Source of the DNA: Candidatus Micrarchaeota archaeon
GTDB lineage: Archaea; Micrarchaeota; Micrarchaeia; Anstonellales; JAHKLY01
DNA: 64,000 nucleotides
Direction of reading: 5' to 3'
Assembly: GCA_020854825.1 (NCBI GenBank)
Contig: JAHKLY010000001.1
Coordinates: forward strand, 192,001-256,000
Shown: piece after piece, positions 1-9,754 of the stretch
How positions within the stretch are numbered: the stretch's first letter is position 1
Layout: each line of letters begins with the position of its first letter
Notes under the pieces: model-generated
The model's input: the letters and a program-made list of their open reading frames with translations, nothing else
Database searches by the model: none
Told to the model about the DNA's origin: nothing
Program-made: the position numbers and the translations under genes

Positions 1-132
1 TACGTAAAACTCCAAACTAGACTTTGTAGTTTTACAAATATTCAATATTTTAATGGAAAATGAGCAAAAAATAGGCAAAAATAATAGCGAAAAGTATATA
101 AATGGGAAGAAAACATATATTTCACATAAGAG

Positions 133-408
133 GTGAAAAATATGCACATAACTGTAAATTTTGAAGGATATATTGAAGATATTATAGAAAATGCAATTCA
201 AAAAGGTCTTGCAAAAACTAAAACAGAAGCTCTTAGATTAGGTGTATTAGAATTAAACGATAGATATGGATTATTAAAAAACGATACAGAATTGTCTATG
301 CTTAAAAAGAAATTAGAAACAATAGATAATCAAATAAATACAGGTAGATTAAGAGATGAAACTGAAGAAGATGCTAAAAAATATCCTGAATTATCCAAAG
401 GTAATTAA
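133..408 (+). CDS. Small ribbon-helix-helix-like protein, putative antitoxin
   Basis: N-terminal strand-helix-helix pattern (ITVNFEGYIEDIIENAIQKGLAKTKTEALRLG) resembling CopG/ParD-like regulators; followed by a toxin-like remnant. Confidence 0.55.
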   Translation: MKNMHITVNFEGYIEDIIENAIQKGLAKTKTEALRLGVLELNDRYGLLKNDTELSMLKKKLETIDNQINTGRLRDETEEDAKKYPELSKGN

Positions 409-474
409 ATGCAAAATGAAAAGTTTGTACGTATTTATTTTATAGGTGATCACAAACAATATGAAAATGGTTAA
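409..474 (+). pseudogene. Remnant of a HigB/RelE-type toxin C-terminus
   Basis: 21-codon frame MQNEKFVRIYFIGDHKQYENG starting directly after the upstream stop; resembles the HigB C-terminal motif V-x-I-x-F-I-G-x-H-x-x-Y. Confidence 0.4.
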
Positions 475-490
475 AAAACCAAATATGAGT

Positions 491-904
491 TTAAGATTTA
501 TTTTTAAGTATTTTATCTAATTTATCCCAATCTTTTCCTATAACAATAGGTTGTAAAGCAATTAATTCTTCTCTATAATTTAAGTCTTTTGGTACTTCGT
601 TTAGCAGAAAAATAGGTATTTTGTTATGAAATGCCAAAGCCATTTCCATAAAAGCACTTCCACCAATATAATTTTTTATTCCATTTTTATCAAAATTAGC
701 TACAAATATCGCATCTGATTCATCAATTTTAGAAAAATGATCTTCAATTAATCCATGCATCTTTTTTGTAAGTGCTGTTTCTTCTAAATGATGATGATCA
801 ACCATACTTGGTAAAAGTACTTCATATCCTGTTTCTTCAAGCGCTTTTTTAATTTCAGGTAATTTATCAAAAAATTTAGCGCTTGAACATAAAGTAATCT
901 TCAT
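491..904 (-). CDS. Nucleoside 2-deoxyribosyltransferase-like protein
   Basis: MKITLCSS start; KIDESDAIFVAN...YIGGSAFMEMALAF pattern of the NDT-like fold. Confidence 0.6.
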   Translation of the reverse strand: MKITLCSSAKFFDKLPEIKKALEETGYEVLLPSMVDHHHLEETALTKKMHGLIEDHFSKIDESDAIFVANFDKNGIKNYIGGSAFMEMALAFHNKIPIFLLNEVPKDLNYREELIALQPIVIGKDWDKLDKILKNKS

Positions 905-956
905 ATTATTATTTTTACACAAAACTATATATTAGTTTCTCTTAATATTTAAATTA

Positions 957-1463
957 ATGAAAATTGCAGTAACTTCAGAAAATAAACTTAAATTAAAAGC
1001 AGTTGAAAAGGTATATTCTGAAATTGGAATAAAACCCAAAATAATTGGTTTTTCTGCTGATTCTAATGTTGGTGAGCAACCAGTAAATGAAACTACTCTT
1101 TTAGGTGCGAGAAATAGAATAAAATATATAAAACCAAAAACTAAAGGTTTTGATAGAATAATTTCTATTGAAAATGGGATATTTAGAGAAGATAATGCGT
1201 GGAGAGATAAAGCAGTAATTGTTTTATATAATTTAAAAACAAAAGAAGAATATATTGAATATTCAGATCATATTGTTTTTCCAGACCAATATGTGGATAA
1301 AGCACGTGAGATAGGTTTTGATAAAATAACTGTAAGTAAAGTGATGTTTGATGAAGGGTATATATTAAATGCAAAAGACCCACATAAAACTATTTCTGGT
1401 ATTTCAAGACAAGTTTATTTAGAAGATACTTTAAAAAAAATTATAAAAAAAGAAGAAAAGTAA
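957..1463 (+). CDS. Non-canonical purine NTP phosphatase (YjjX/DUF84 family)
   Basis: MKIAVTSENKLKLKAV, SNVGEQP, GARNR and SIENGI motifs. Confidence 0.75.
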   Translation: MKIAVTSENKLKLKAVEKVYSEIGIKPKIIGFSADSNVGEQPVNETTLLGARNRIKYIKPKTKGFDRIISIENGIFREDNAWRDKAVIVLYNLKTKEEYIEYSDHIVFPDQYVDKAREIGFDKITVSKVMFDEGYILNAKDPHKTISGISRQVYLEDTLKKIIKKEEK

Positions 1464-1913
1464 TTATTCTTCTTCTGCTTTTTTAATTACTTTTACTGTG
1501 TCTGCCTTGATAGTTACTGGTATTGGTACAGCTGCTTCTGTTAATTCAACTGTTAATTCTTCCTTATTTTTATCAACACGCATTACTTTAGCTTTTTCAC
1601 CTTTAAATGGCCCACTAATTACTTCAACAATATCATATTTATTTATTGACAATATTGGTGCCTTTGCAGCTTCAATTAACCCTTCAATTTCTCTAATTTC
1701 AATATTTTTAGATAATACTCCCCTAATGTGGGGCAATCCAAATATGGCTTTTCTTATATCTGCTTCATTTTCTGCTTCTATTATAATATATCCTCTTAAA
1801 TCCTCAAATACAGCAATTACTTTTATTGGATGTTTTTCCTTTTTTATTTTTCTAAGTAACATATCTGCAACTACATGTTCTTGTCCAGTTGTAACTCTTG
1901 ATGCATATAACAT
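1464..1913 (-). CDS. spt5: Transcription elongation factor Spt5 (NusG)
   Basis: TTGQE, LRGYIIIEA and KOW motif VEVISGPFKGEKAKV; conserved ftsZ-secE-spt5 order. Confidence 0.95.
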   Translation of the reverse strand: MLYASRVTTGQEHVVADMLLRKIKKEKHPIKVIAVFEDLRGYIIIEAENEADIRKAIFGLPHIRGVLSKNIEIREIEGLIEAAKAPILSINKYDIVEVISGPFKGEKAKVMRVDKNKEELTVELTEAAVPIPVTIKADTVKVIKKAEEE

Positions 1914-1922
1914 AAAATTCAC

Positions 1923-2093
1923 CTATGGTAAAACTTGAAAGATTAACCAAATTATTAATCCAATTAATCCAACTATTAAAGTTCCGACACTTGTTACTAT
2001 TGCTATTTGTTTAAATTCACTATATCTTGGTTTATAGAAAGTATGAAATATTCTTCTTGATTGTCTTACAAAATTTACTAATCCACTTAACAT
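1923..2093 (-). CDS. secE: Preprotein translocase SecE (Sec61 gamma); not in the ORF track
   Basis: Hand translation MLSGLVNFVRQSRRIFHTFYKPRYSEFKQIAIVTSVGTLIVGLIGLIIWLIFQVLP (56 aa); KP...EF motif plus one TM helix; lies between ftsZ and spt5. Confidence 0.9.
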   Translation of the reverse strand: MLSGLVNFVRQSRRIFHTFYKPRYSEFKQIAIVTSVGTLIVGLIGLIIWLIFQVLP

Positions 2094-2103
2094 AATTTCA
2101 CCT

Positions 2104-3291
2104 TTATCCGACTAGATCTAAATCTAGTTCTTCTTCAACTGATTTTTTTTCTAAATTTTCCAAAGTGTATTTTGGCATTTTAGTTCCAGCTACAACCACA
2201 AGTACTCTTAACGTTGATTTTTTAAGATTATCTTCAATTCTTGCCCCCCATATTATATGGGATGAAGGACTTATTCTATTTGAAACTTCTTTCATTATTA
2301 TTTCTGCTTCTTTTAAAGACATGTCTTCCCCACCAACTACATTTATTAATGCCCTATCTGCTGTTGTTATATCTATATCTAATAGGGGAGAATTTAATGC
2401 AGTTTCAATTGCAATTATTGCTCTTTGGTCTGCTTTTGCTTCAATAGAAGCTTCTCCTATGCCTATGACTGCGCAGCCTGCGTCTTTTAATATTGTTTTT
2501 AAATCTGCAAAATCTAAATTAACCATGCCCGGTTTTGTAATTAATTCTGCAATTCCTTTAACTGCTCCTGCAAGTACTTCATCTGATACTTTGAATGCAG
2601 TATTTAAAGGCAAGTCTGGAGCTATGGTTAGTAATTTATCATTAGGTATTACTATTGTTGTATCTGCTTGTTTTTGTAATTTCTCTAATCCTTGTAATGC
2701 ATTATGCATTCTTGTTCTTCCTTCTGAACTAAAAGGTAAAGTTACAACAGCGATTGTTAAAGCACCTATTGCTTTTGCAGCTTGTGCTATAACTGGTAAA
2801 CTTCCAGTACCTGTTCCTCCCCCTAAACCGCAGGTTACAAATACTAAACTAGCATCACCCATTGCTGCTTTTATTTCATCCATAGATTCTTTTGCTGCAT
2901 TCTCTCCAACTTCTGGATTACTGCCAGCACCTAATCCCTGAGTTAATTTTTTTCCCATTAAAATTTTTCGTTTAGCATGAGTTTTAACTAAATGTTGAAC
3001 ATCTGTATTTGTTGCAACTAAATTTACTCCTTGGATTCCTATTTCTGTTACTCTTGTTAAGGTGTTGCAACCACCTCCTCCTGCTCCAACTACATATACT
3101 TTTGGTTTACTTTCTTCTATGAATTTTAATAAATCTGCATCATCTTCTGATCCTATTTGTACTCCTTGAGGTAACTGGCTTCTTATATTATTTTGGTTAT
3201 AATTAGAAGGCTGTTCATTAGTAGGTAAAAATTTTGAATTTATATTATGTTTTTTAAGAATTTCTTCATAAGTTTTTGGTTCTTCTGTCAT
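2104..3291 (-). CDS. ftsZ: Cell division protein FtsZ
   Basis: GAGGGGCN, GLGGGTGTG tubulin signature, NLDFAD. Confidence 0.97.
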   Translation of the reverse strand: MTEEPKTYEEILKKHNINSKFLPTNEQPSNYNQNNIRSQLPQGVQIGSEDDADLLKFIEESKPKVYVVGAGGGGCNTLTRVTEIGIQGVNLVATNTDVQHLVKTHAKRKILMGKKLTQGLGAGSNPEVGENAAKESMDEIKAAMGDASLVFVTCGLGGGTGTGSLPVIAQAAKAIGALTIAVVTLPFSSEGRTRMHNALQGLEKLQKQADTTIVIPNDKLLTIAPDLPLNTAFKVSDEVLAGAVKGIAELITKPGMVNLDFADLKTILKDAGCAVIGIGEASIEAKADQRAIIAIETALNSPLLDIDITTADRALINVVGGEDMSLKEAEIIMKEVSNRISPSSHIIWGARIEDNLKKSTLRVLVVVAGTKMPKYTLENLEKKSVEEELDLDLVG

Positions 3292-3407
3292 TTTTTTCAC
3301 TTCTCATTTTCAACCCAGTTAAAACTAGGCGCATTAATTGATTTATATATGGATAGAAAGGTTTTAAATTAGTTTGCTTAGTCTAAATTTTTTAAAATAC
3401 AAAAATA

Positions 3408-4226
3408 TTAAACAAATAAATTGTACAAAGTGTATACTCCCAATATTACTGTTATTATGCCTATTATTTTAACCAGCATTTGTTTATCCATTTTTTTAAC
3501 AGTAATTGCACAAAATGGAACACTTGCTAATGCACCAATAGTTAGATACGGAGTTAAAGTCCAATCAATAACAGTTCCTAGAATAAAAAACATTATTATC
3601 CCCACTAAACATGTAACTGATTCTGCTAATGAAGTTATCCCAATTGCACTTTTACTATCTACTCCTGTTAAAACCTGGCCACTTACCATAACTGGGCCAT
3701 ATCCTCCGCCTGACATTCCCTTATTAAATGCAGCTAAAATTCCTAACCCAGTAACTCGTTTCCAAGTAAATTTATGTTCTTTTTTCCTTCTCCACAAAAT
3801 AATTAAGCCCATAGTGAGTACTAAAATACCGATATATAATTTAAGATAGAATTTAGGCATATTTACAGAAATTAAAACTGCAATTACAGCACCAACAACG
3901 CTACATGCAGCTAGTATCATAAATATTTTTGATGCTTGTGATTTAGGCAAGTATCCTAATTTTCCTAATTTCTTTACCATCTCATGTTCAGAATCATTTT
4001 TGAAATCAAAATGAACATTTCCAAATTCATGGTGTACAAATGCAGCAGCCATACCTGTTATAAATTCAGAAACTAAAATCGCAGGAACTATTTGTAATGG
4101 TTCAAAACCCATACCAAGTAGTAATGGAGTTAATGTTGTTCCATACCCCATTCCGAATGTTGAGTCTATATATTCACAAATAAATGCAATTGTAAATATT
4201 CCAATACCAAACCATAATTCCATCAT
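3408..4226 (-). CDS. Sulfite exporter TauE/SafE family membrane protein
   Basis: DSTFGMGYGT and GMSGGGYGP repeats, multiple TM helices. Confidence 0.85.
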   Translation of the reverse strand: MMELWFGIGIFTIAFICEYIDSTFGMGYGTTLTPLLLGMGFEPLQIVPAILVSEFITGMAAAFVHHEFGNVHFDFKNDSEHEMVKKLGKLGYLPKSQASKIFMILAACSVVGAVIAVLISVNMPKFYLKLYIGILVLTMGLIILWRRKKEHKFTWKRVTGLGILAAFNKGMSGGGYGPVMVSGQVLTGVDSKSAIGITSLAESVTCLVGIIMFFILGTVIDWTLTPYLTIGALASVPFCAITVKKMDKQMLVKIIGIITVILGVYTLYNLFV

Positions 4227-4316
4227 ATTTAATCTTTCCTATTTTTATTTAAATATCAGCCAATACACTACCAATAAAATACCAACATATTTAAAACTTG
4301 TGTCAATATAGTATAT

Positions 4317-4493
4317 ATGGAAAAATATGATAAGAATTTAATAGCAATAGAAGAATCAAGCGTTACTATAAAAGGGTACAGACATCGTACAACAATACCA
4401 AGTCGAATATTTAATTTCTTAGATTTAGATGATAAAGACAAATTAAGATGGATTTTATTAAAAGATGGGACAATAATTATTAAAAAAATTTAA
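4317..4493 (+). CDS. AbrB/MazE-like swapped-hairpin DNA-binding protein (58 aa); not in the ORF track
   Basis: Hand translation MEKYDKNLIAIEESSVTIKGYRHRTTIPSRIFNFLDLDDKDKLRWILLKDGTIIIKKI; TIP...L.L...D.L.W...DG.III pattern. Confidence 0.65.
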   Translation: MEKYDKNLIAIEESSVTIKGYRHRTTIPSRIFNFLDLDDKDKLRWILLKDGTIIIKKI

Positions 4494-4503
4494 AGTAATC
4501 ATT

Positions 4504-5214
4504 TTATTTTTCTTTGAATTCTTTAATCAATTTATATATTTCTACTGGTTTTATGAATCCTAACTCTTTATTTATATTTAATGACCAAAATCCATGATCA
4601 GAATGATCTCCAAATCTACCAATTGCTTCCATTCCATGGTCTGATAATATTAGTAGAATATCTGCTTTTTCTTCTGCTATTTTTGCAATTTCTTCCATTT
4701 CCTTGTATAGTATTTTCATTTTAGTTTCTAAACCAAAACTTATATGTCCCACCACATCTATTAAACCAAAATATCCCATTACAATTTCATAATCTCCATT
4801 TAATGCTTTTAGAAATTGTTCTTTATTTTGTTTATGATGTTCAAAAAGAGGTTTGTCAAATTCATCAACATCTATTTCTTTATTAAAGAATTTTTTTAAT
4901 TGTTCTCTTTCTAATTCATGATATTTTATATCTTGTGTAAAACCTGGAACATCTATTGCTAAATATTTATTAAACATTGAGAAAAATGTTTCTTCTGTTT
5001 TAAGTTTAAAATTCCACATTTCTTTATCTCCAATTTTTAATATCTCTTCTTCTTTATTTTTCCCAGATAATATTGAGGACCACAAAACCATTGTTCTGGG
5101 TTCTGAATAGTCACTTAAATTTGTTTTTCCATATTTTAATTGTTTTAATTCTTTCATATCCCACTTTTCTACTAAATCATATTCTAATGCATCTATTGCT
5201 AAAATAACAATCAT
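4504..5214 (-). CDS. Alkaline phosphatase/sulfatase superfamily protein
   Basis: ILAIDAL, T..LWSSILSG, DVVGH, LSDHGM and GDHSDHG metal-binding motifs. Confidence 0.8.
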   Translation of the reverse strand: MIVILAIDALEYDLVEKWDMKELKQLKYGKTNLSDYSEPRTMVLWSSILSGKNKEEEILKIGDKEMWNFKLKTEETFFSMFNKYLAIDVPGFTQDIKYHELEREQLKKFFNKEIDVDEFDKPLFEHHKQNKEQFLKALNGDYEIVMGYFGLIDVVGHISFGLETKMKILYKEMEEIAKIAEEKADILLILSDHGMEAIGRFGDHSDHGFWSLNINKELGFIKPVEIYKLIKEFKEK

Positions 5215-6459
5215 TTAATCACCATAAATATTTGTCAATATTCCACCTGCACAAATATCTTCGTTTTGAATTAAAACGAATCTCCCCAATTCTGGAGTAA
5301 TATTAAAATCTTCAACTACTATGGGTTTATCTAATTTACATATGATTTTAGCAACTTCTGTGTTTTCTATTTGTGTTTCGTCATTTCCAATACTTTCTAA
5401 AGATGAAGAATTCATTTTAGTTATAATTTTTTCTAATATGCATTCTACTTCTTGTGTTGCTAATTTTAAAAAAATTCTTTCTCCTTTTTTGAAAGGTGTT
5501 TTACTCATCCAAAAAATATTGCCTTGTAATGTGTTAATAATTTTAGGTAAGTTTTCTCCTTTTTTACATATTACAGAACCTCTTTCAGTGAATATTGGTT
5601 CTGTTGTTGTTATACCTATACTTATCCCTGCTTCTACTACATCTCTTTGTCTATTAAATTCTTCAATTGATTTAACAATTGTTTCTGTATATTCAGGTAA
5701 AAGTATTATTTCATCATTTTTCTTAATTTTTCCAGATTCAATTCTACCTGCTAATATTCTTCTTTCATCAAATTTATATACGTCTTGAATTGGTAATCTT
5801 AGTGCTTTTTCTTCCATAATATCTGTGTCTTTAAAGGTATCTAATGCTTCTAAAACTGTTAACCCTTCATACCAACCAATATTTTTACTTTTATTTGCAA
5901 TATTATCTCCTTCCATTGCAGATATAGGAATAATAAAAGAAGGATAAATATTTAATCTAGATAAAAATGATACTATCTCCTTTTTAATTTCTTCAAATTT
6001 TTCTTTTTTATATTCTACTAAATCCATTTTGTTTATTACAACAATTACTTGTTTTAATCCTAAAAGTCCTAAAATATATGAATGTCTTTTAGTTTGTTCT
6101 TGAACTCCTTCTTTTGCATCTACAATAAGAATTGCTGATTCAGCTAAACTCGCACCAGTTATCATATTTTTCAAAAATTCTTTATGGCCTGGAGCATCAA
6201 TAATAACATATTCTTTTTTTTGTGTTTTAAAAAATATTTGTGTTGTATCTATAGTTATATTTTGTTCTCTCTCTTCCTGTAGATGGTCAAGAAGATAAGC
6301 AAATTCTAAGGGCTTCCCCATCATTTCACAAGTTTTTTTAAGTTCATCCATTTTTCCTTCCGGAAGCGAGTTTGTGTCATAAAGTAATCTTCCGATAAGC
6401 GTTGACTTGCCATGATCCACATGGCCGACAATTACAAAATTAAATTGTTCTTTACCCAT
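5215..6459 (-). CDS. cysN: Sulfate adenylyltransferase subunit 1 (GTPase CysN, no fused CysC)
   Basis: [27 protein letters not shown]; downstream of cysD. Confidence 0.85.
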   Translation of the reverse strand: MGKEQFNFVIVGHVDHGKSTLIGRLLYDTNSLPEGKMDELKKTCEMMGKPLEFAYLLDHLQEEREQNITIDTTQIFFKTQKKEYVIIDAPGHKEFLKNMITGASLAESAILIVDAKEGVQEQTKRHSYILGLLGLKQVIVVINKMDLVEYKKEKFEEIKKEIVSFLSRLNIYPSFIIPISAMEGDNIANKSKNIGWYEGLTVLEALDTFKDTDIMEEKALRLPIQDVYKFDERRILAGRIESGKIKKNDEIILLPEYTETIVKSIEEFNRQRDVVEAGISIGITTTEPIFTERGSVICKKGENLPKIINTLQGNIFWMSKTPFKKGERIFLKLATQEVECILEKIITKMNSSSLESIGNDETQIENTEVAKIICKLDKPIVVEDFNITPELGRFVLIQNEDICAGGILTNIYGD

Positions 6460-6460
6460 C

Positions 6461-6898
6461 TCATTCACCTCTAATTTTATTCGCAATGCTTTGCAGTTCT
6501 ATTCCACTTGGCTTTAATCTTTCAAAATCAGAACTCCTGTCCAAAACCACTTTTGACTTTTCCCCGTCCCATAACCTATCCCCCTCTTTTCTTGGGATTA
6601 TGTGGACATGAAAATGGTCAATGCTTTGGGAAGCCCATTTTCCACTAGAGTTTGCTATAGTTATATCACAATCCAGTTTTTCTTTTAATTTTTTTGAAAT
6701 ATCCCTTTGTAGCAACCCCAAATCTTTAGCTTCGTCATCATTTAATTCCATAAATGTGCTCACATGCCTTTTTGAGCATATTATGGTGTGGCCTTCAGTT
6801 ATTGGATTTGCGTCCAAAAAAACCAAGAAATGTGTTGATTCAGATATTATCTCTGGTTTTATGTTTCCGCTTACTATTCTACAAAAAACACAGTCCAT
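6461..6898 (-). CDS. HIT family hydrolase
   Basis: MDCVFC start, GHT, histidine triad HFHVHIIPR. Confidence 0.92.
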   Translation of the reverse strand: MDCVFCRIVSGNIKPEIISESTHFLVFLDANPITEGHTIICSKRHVSTFMELNDDEAKDLGLLQRDISKKLKEKLDCDITIANSSGKWASQSIDHFHVHIIPRKEGDRLWDGEKSKVVLDRSSDFERLKPSGIELQSIANKIRGE

Positions 6899-6907
6899 GA
6901 TGCCCAC

Positions 6908-7705
6908 CTACATATACCCGAGCATCCTAAGCTTCTGCATCATGTAAGCCTGCTCCTTGTCCTGCGCTCTGCCTGACCGTTCGGCAGTGTTCGTTGTCTC
7001 AAGCTCATGTATTATCTTGTCAATCGTGTCCGCATCTGAATCAATTGGGTTGCAGCAGGTATGGCACCCAATTGACCTGTATCTTTTTCCATTTTTTGCA
7101 AAATATAAATCCGTCATTGGAATATTTTCTCTTTTTATATATTTCCAAATATCAATTTCTCTCCAATGTAACATTGGATGTACTCGTAAATGTATTTCTT
7201 CCTTTGCCTTAGTTTTATATTGATCCCATAGCTCAGGAGGTTGATTTTTATAATCCCATTTAAAATTAGTGTCTCTTGGTGAAAAAACTCTTTCTTTTGC
7301 CCTTATTCCATGTTCGTCTCTCCTAATTCCCAGCAAGAGTGCTTTAAATTTTTTTTCATCTATAAAATTTTTCAATGCAATTGTTTTAAGTTGAGTACAG
7401 CATTCTAGTTTACTTATGGGCCCCATTCCTTTATCCAACGCTTTTTGATTTTTAGCGATTAGCAAGTTTAAATCCCATTCTTTTGCATAATTTTCTCTAA
7501 ATTCATAAATTTCTTTGAATTTATATCCAGTATCTATATGGACTACTGGAAAAGGTACATGCCCAAAAAATGTTTTTCTACATAACCATAATAAGGTAGT
7601 AGAATCTTTACCTATTGACCACAGCATAGCTATATTTTTGTATTGCTTGTACGCTTCTCTAATAATATAAATACTTCTTGATTCTAATTCATCCAAATGC
7701 TCCAT
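6908..7705 (-). CDS. cysD: Sulfate adenylyltransferase subunit 2
   Basis: LESRSIYIIRE, WSIGKDS, HIDTGYKF, RRDE..RAKER, YRSIGC. Confidence 0.92.
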   Translation of the reverse strand: MEHLDELESRSIYIIREAYKQYKNIAMLWSIGKDSTTLLWLCRKTFFGHVPFPVVHIDTGYKFKEIYEFRENYAKEWDLNLLIAKNQKALDKGMGPISKLECCTQLKTIALKNFIDEKKFKALLLGIRRDEHGIRAKERVFSPRDTNFKWDYKNQPPELWDQYKTKAKEEIHLRVHPMLHWREIDIWKYIKRENIPMTDLYFAKNGKRYRSIGCHTCCNPIDSDADTIDKIIHELETTNTAERSGRAQDKEQAYMMQKLRMLGYM

Positions 7706-7716
7706 TTAATCACCAA

Positions 7717-7953
7717 TTAATCCATATACCCTAGTGCCTTTAATCTATTTTTTATTTTTTCTTCATCTTCTTCATTAAAAGCCTCAGGCATTTCTTCTTT
7801 CTCATCTTTATTTTTTTCAGCTATTATTTCTCTCAGAATATAAATAACGTATGAACTCACAGATGTAAAACCAGTTCCTTTAATTCTTTGCTCTACTTTT
7901 TTAAAAAGAGGAGTAGGTATTGATATTGTTGTGTGTTTTTTAGTTTCTGACAT
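7717..7953 (-). CDS. CopG/RHH family regulator
   Basis: TTISIPTPLFKKV...GFTSVSSYV RHH pattern with C-terminal RLKALGYMD. Confidence 0.8.
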   Translation of the reverse strand: MSETKKHTTISIPTPLFKKVEQRIKGTGFTSVSSYVIYILREIIAEKNKDEKEEMPEAFNEEDEEKIKNRLKALGYMD

Positions 7954-8079
7954 CTAATCATCTCCAAAATTATAAGTCGTAATTAAATATAATTACTTAT
8001 AAAAAGTATATACTTAATATTTATAATAGTTTTTATTTTTAAATATATACAAAAACCTTAAAAATGTAAAACCACTTAT

Positions 8080-8778
8080 TTGTTTGTGTATTTAGAAAAG
8101 CAAGGAGATTTAGCAATTATTAAAGATATAAATCCACTATATTTTAGATTATATAATCTACTGCCAAATGGTAAATATGTTATTGAAGAAGCAGAAAAAT
8201 TAAATTTAAGATTAGGAATTAATAATGTATTTTTTGAATATTATAAACCATTAAATAAATTTACAATAACTGGAAGAGTTATTTATAGAGGAAAAGTTAT
8301 AGAACCAGTACCTTTAGTTAAAGATTGGGCATATACATTTTTTATATTAAATAATAAAGATATAAAACTGAGAAAATATAATGAAATTATTCCAAGAAGA
8401 CGATCACAAATACATTTAGCAATAGAAGCAGGACCTAGATTGATAGTTGATGAGAATATAACTGAAGGGTTAAATAATACATTCCGTTCTTCAAAAATTT
8501 GTATTGGTTGGGATAAAAATCAAAGAATTATGGTAGCAGCAACAGAAGGAAAAGTTAGTTTAAATGAATTTGCAGAACAAATCCAAGATCAAGGTTTTAT
8601 ATATGCCTTAAATTTGGATGGTGGTGGATCAACATCTTTATATTATAATGAAAATGGTGTAAAGTTAAGAATAATTGGAAAATCTTCTTATGGATATGAT
8701 AAAATAAAATTTGAACAGAACGAATATGGTAGAAAAGTCCCGTATATGGTAGGTATTCCAAAATTTATAGATAAGTAA
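8080..8778 (+). CDS. Phosphodiester glycosidase (NAGPA) family protein
   Basis: AGPRLI and ALNLDGGGSTSL signature motifs. Confidence 0.8.
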   Translation: MFVYLEKQGDLAIIKDINPLYFRLYNLLPNGKYVIEEAEKLNLRLGINNVFFEYYKPLNKFTITGRVIYRGKVIEPVPLVKDWAYTFFILNNKDIKLRKYNEIIPRRRSQIHLAIEAGPRLIVDENITEGLNNTFRSSKICIGWDKNQRIMVAATEGKVSLNEFAEQIQDQGFIYALNLDGGGSTSLYYNENGVKLRIIGKSSYGYDKIKFEQNEYGRKVPYMVGIPKFIDK

Positions 8779-8817
8779 TTACGTTATATTTATAAATCTC
8801 ATTCTAATAACCAATTT

Positions 8818-9744
8818 ATGAATAAAAAATCATCTAAAATATGTAAAGATATTAAATCACTTAAAATACAAGGAGCACATAGAGTTGCAAGAGAAGGTTT
8901 TAAGGCTTTCATAATTGAAATGACTTCTTTTAAAAATTCAAATCAAAAAACATTTCAAAAACATGCTAAAACAACAGCATATATTATAACAAATCTTAGA
9001 GCAACTTCTCCAATGCTTGATAATTATTTAGAAGACGCATTAGATTCAATAAATTATTTAATAAAAAAGAAAAAACCAATTCATGTGATCCAAAATTATT
9101 TAAATATACGATTAGAAGAAGTATTAGATGAATTAAAAAATAACAGGAATAAATTAGTGGTTTTTGGATCTGATTTAGTTGAAAATGGGGATATAATTTT
9201 AACTCATTGTCATTCTACTTCTGTAATAAATTCATTAATTTTAGCTAAAAAACAAGGAAAAAAATTTAAAGTATATAATACTGAATCAAGGCCAAAGTAT
9301 CAAGGACATGACACTGCAAAAGAATTAGCACATATTAAAATAGATATTACTATGAGTGTAGATTCAAATATTGGAAATATAATCGAAAAAGTAAATAAAA
9401 TATTTATAGGTGCAGACGCAGTAGATAAAAATGGAAATTTAGCAAATAAAATTGGAAGTAAAACAATAGCAGAATTAGCAAAAAACAGAAAGAAAGTGAG
9501 TATTTATTCATTTACAGAATTGTATAAATATGATAAAAGAAAAAAAATAGAAATAGAGCAAAGAGATCCAAAAGAAGTTGCTGATCCAAAAGAATTCAAA
9601 GGAGTTAAAATATTAAATCCTGCTTTTGATATTATTCAACATTCATATTTAAATGGAATAGTTACAGAAATAGGATTATTAACACCAAAACAGTTTGTAC
9701 AAAAAGCACAAAATAAAATAAGATTAAAACCTTCAATTATTTAA
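8818..9744 (+). CDS. Ribose-1,5-bisphosphate isomerase (eIF-2B alpha/beta/delta family)
   Basis: IQGA, LTHCHSTSV, TESRP..QG, GADAV..NG..ANKIGS, NPAFD; adjacent to AMP phosphorylase. Confidence 0.88.
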   Translation: MNKKSSKICKDIKSLKIQGAHRVAREGFKAFIIEMTSFKNSNQKTFQKHAKTTAYIITNLRATSPMLDNYLEDALDSINYLIKKKKPIHVIQNYLNIRLEEVLDELKNNRNKLVVFGSDLVENGDIILTHCHSTSVINSLILAKKQGKKFKVYNTESRPKYQGHDTAKELAHIKIDITMSVDSNIGNIIEKVNKIFIGADAVDKNGNLANKIGSKTIAELAKNRKKVSIYSFTELYKYDKRKKIEIEQRDPKEVADPKEFKGVKILNPAFDIIQHSYLNGIVTEIGLLTPKQFVQKAQNKIRLKPSII

Positions 9745-9754
9745 GGTGATATAA

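Noticed and set aside
2165-2941. Long antisense ORFs (also 46817-47647, 50071-50607, 23180-23668 and others)
   Set aside because: Stop-poor reverse frames of well-supported genes; no motifs of their own
3309-3334. Hairpin and short uORF upstream of ftsZ
   Set aside because: Only a 7-bp stem with no recognisable family; no support for function
5215-6459. EF-1alpha or SelB
   Set aside because: Operon context with cysD and the EREQNITID motif favour CysN
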